This document shows positions 62,300-64,000 of a stretch of DNA of 64,000 bases, piece by piece. The translations under genes and the position numbers were made by a program. Where the stretch lies: contig CBDCLE010000019.1 of NCBI GenBank assembly GCA_965218585.1, forward strand, positions 64,001 to 128,000, written 5' to 3'. Position 1 is the first letter of the stretch. Each line of letters opens with the position of its first letter. Below the pieces are notes generated by a model. It saw only the letters and a program-made list of their open reading frames with translations, did no database searches and was not told where the DNA came from. The stretch is from Terriglobia bacterium (GTDB lineage Bacteria > Acidobacteriota > Terriglobia > 20CM-2-55-15).

Positions 62300-63535
62300 C
62301 TAGTCTTTTATTTCCACCAGGCCCACGCGGTTCGAGCTGGTCTGGTGAATGAGCAGGTTGCCGGCCTCGGTCACCCAGAAATTCCGGACGATCCCGACAC
62401 CGGAAGGAATAGCCCAACTCTGGAACTCTTCCGTTGCCGGGTCGAACCGTACCAGCGCATCGGGCCTCATCCCCGACTCGTTGTACCAGACGACGTCGTC
62501 TACTACCGTGAAAGCGTACGGATGGGAATCCGGGCCACTCGGTGAAGGCCACTCCTTGATCTCGCCCGTCTCCGGGTTGAGGCTTCCGATACGGCCCATG
62601 GTTGAGTTTCCGTACCAGACCATGCCGTCGCTGGCAATTCCGAGCCGACGAATACGCGACGCTTCGTTCGGTACCTCGTAATAGCGTACCGCCATCGTCT
62701 CCGGATTGAGGGCCCCGATCTTGTTCGTTCCGTTGTAAGCGATCCAGACCGTACCGTCGGGACCTACCTGGATACCATACGGCCTCTGCTCGGTGTCAAT
62801 CTCGGTGATCTCTCCGGTCTCCGGACTCAGGCGCCCGAGCATGCTGGCCCCCTGGGCGGTGAAGAAGAGCCTGCCGTTCGGGTGGAAGACGGCGCTATGG
62901 GGATCCCGGGCCTCGGTCTCGTATTCAGTGACCACGCCGGTCTTGGGATCCAGTTTGCCGACCGTGCCGTTACTGTTGCCCGTGTACCAGATGTTCCCGT
63001 CGGAGTCTGGAACGATGGTGTGCGGACGCGAGGCGGGCGGCAGGCGAAACTCTTCCATTTCACCCGTCTCCGGATCGAGCCTTCCGGCAAGGCTGGCCCA
63101 CATCCCTGTCCACCAGATCGAACCGTCCGGCGCTTCTGCCGGGTCGCGCGACCGCTGGCCCAGCGTCGGAACCATCCATTCGGTGATCTCGATCTCTGCG
63201 TCACCCGGAACCAGGGTGGGACGCCTTCCGGGCCGTTCGGGGAAGTTGTCGGCCAGATACCCGGCTACGGTGTCGGCCTGAGCATCCGGCAGCGCCACCA
63301 TCGTGGCTGCCAGCATCTTCCAGTCGTCCCGGTCGTAACCCGACGAGCCCACTATCTGCCCGAGTCCATGGCAACTCGTGCACTGACTCTGGACGAGTTC
63401 CTGGCCCGCGCCTGCCGGCAGTTGGATCTGCTGGCCACCTCGGCCGCCCCGTCCACGTTGCGCCTCTGCCGGCGCAGCGATAACCAAACAGAGGACCGCC
63501 ACCGCGGTCAAGACTAAGAACACTTTGCTTCGCAT
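62300..63535 (-). CDS. Secreted monoheme cytochrome c fused to a Vgb-like beta-propeller
   Basis: GAGGT RBS, signal AEA-Q, CTSCH with a distal Met, repeats such as PDGSIWWT..GRLDPETGE. Confidence 0.85.
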   Translation of the reverse strand: MRSKVFLVLTAVAVLCLVIAAPAEAQRGRGGRGGQQIQLPAGAGQELVQSQCTSCHGLGQIVGSSGYDRDDWKMLAATMVALPDAQADTVAGYLADNFPERPGRRPTLVPGDAEIEITEWMVPTLGQRSRDPAEAPDGSIWWTGMWASLAGRLDPETGEMEEFRLPPASRPHTIVPDSDGNIWYTGNSNGTVGKLDPKTGVVTEYETEARDPHSAVFHPNGRLFFTAQGASMLGRLSPETGEITEIDTEQRPYGIQVGPDGTVWIAYNGTNKIGALNPETMAVRYYEVPNEASRIRRLGIASDGMVWYGNSTMGRIGSLNPETGEIKEWPSPSGPDSHPYAFTVVDDVVWYNESGMRPDALVRFDPATEEFQSWAIPSGVGIVRNFWVTEAGNLLIHQTSSNRVGLVEIKD

Positions 63536-63751
63536 AGGTTTTACCTCGAACTTTGAATCATTCGCGTCGGTGTTGCACCGATTCCTAAATCGTTGCCGCC
63601 TACTCCTCGGCAGATACAAAACCATTGAATGTAAACAGTATGGGCCGATACTACACTTCGCCAGCAGCATGGGCAAGCCCTTCCAGCGGGCGGCATCCAT
63701 CAACCTCAAACTACGACCACGCTCACTGAAGGGTTACAGAAATGGACCCAC

Positions 63752-64000
63752 TCAAGTCTGACGCCTGACCCACTCTCGGGCACCGGCCGAAAGCAGATCT
63801 CCGACGACAACCAGAACGGCCCCCAAGAGAATCAGGAAGAACATCTCGTCGTAGAAGTTGCGGGCCCGGGCGTCCTGAATCCAGAACCCCAATGAGGAAA
63901 TTCCCAACATCCCAAGAACTGTTGCCTCCCGCACGCAGGTCTCCCAACGGTAGAGGAAGAACAGCAGGAAGCGCGAAAAAGCGAGCGGAAAAAACGCCGA
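63752..64000 (-). CDS. C-terminal part of a PhnE/PtxC-like ABC permease (runs off the window)
   Basis: YRWETCVREATVLGMLGISSLG resembles the PhnE RxExNxRxxxxLGxVGAGGxG motif. Confidence 0.65.
   Translation of the reverse strand, partial: SAFFPLAFSRFLLFFLYRWETCVREATVLGMLGISSLGFWIQDARARNFYDEMFFLILLGAVLVVVGDLLSAGAREWVRRQT

Overview
A GC-rich bacterial window whose gene content points to Acidobacteriota (Acidobacterial-type VWA protein, DUF4159, DUF5916, DUF6152); the taxonomy is inferred. Intact housekeeping-type blocks are alr, an osmoprotectant ABC importer, rfaE2-mfd-SurA-like-S4-BlaI and a MacB-type ABC exporter. They surround an eroding accessory region (about 13-38 kb) that carries two different IS21-family elements, and an IS256 element sits at 0.8-2.2 kb. 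The most notable content is a ~10 kb redox locus (23.6-33.7 kb). It encodes an FAD/NAD(P)H oxidoreductase fused to two cNMP-binding domains and a 4x[4Fe-4S] domain, a His-bearing membrane protein fused to an FHA-like/TM/decaheme cytochrome, a c554-like pentaheme cytochrome, a secreted double GlcG/HbpS protein and an outer-membrane barrel. Together these look like a signal-gated trans-envelope electron conduit, but this copy has nonsense codons, frameshifts, a 20-bp tandem duplication and an IS truncation. Other notable items are a two-kinase PDZ/multi-TM receptor, a Tat-signal TldD, a structured non-coding segment inside an IS21, and an IS256-made hybrid promoter. No rRNA, tRNA or CRISPR array was recognised. 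All family calls come from motif recognition by eye; no searches were run.
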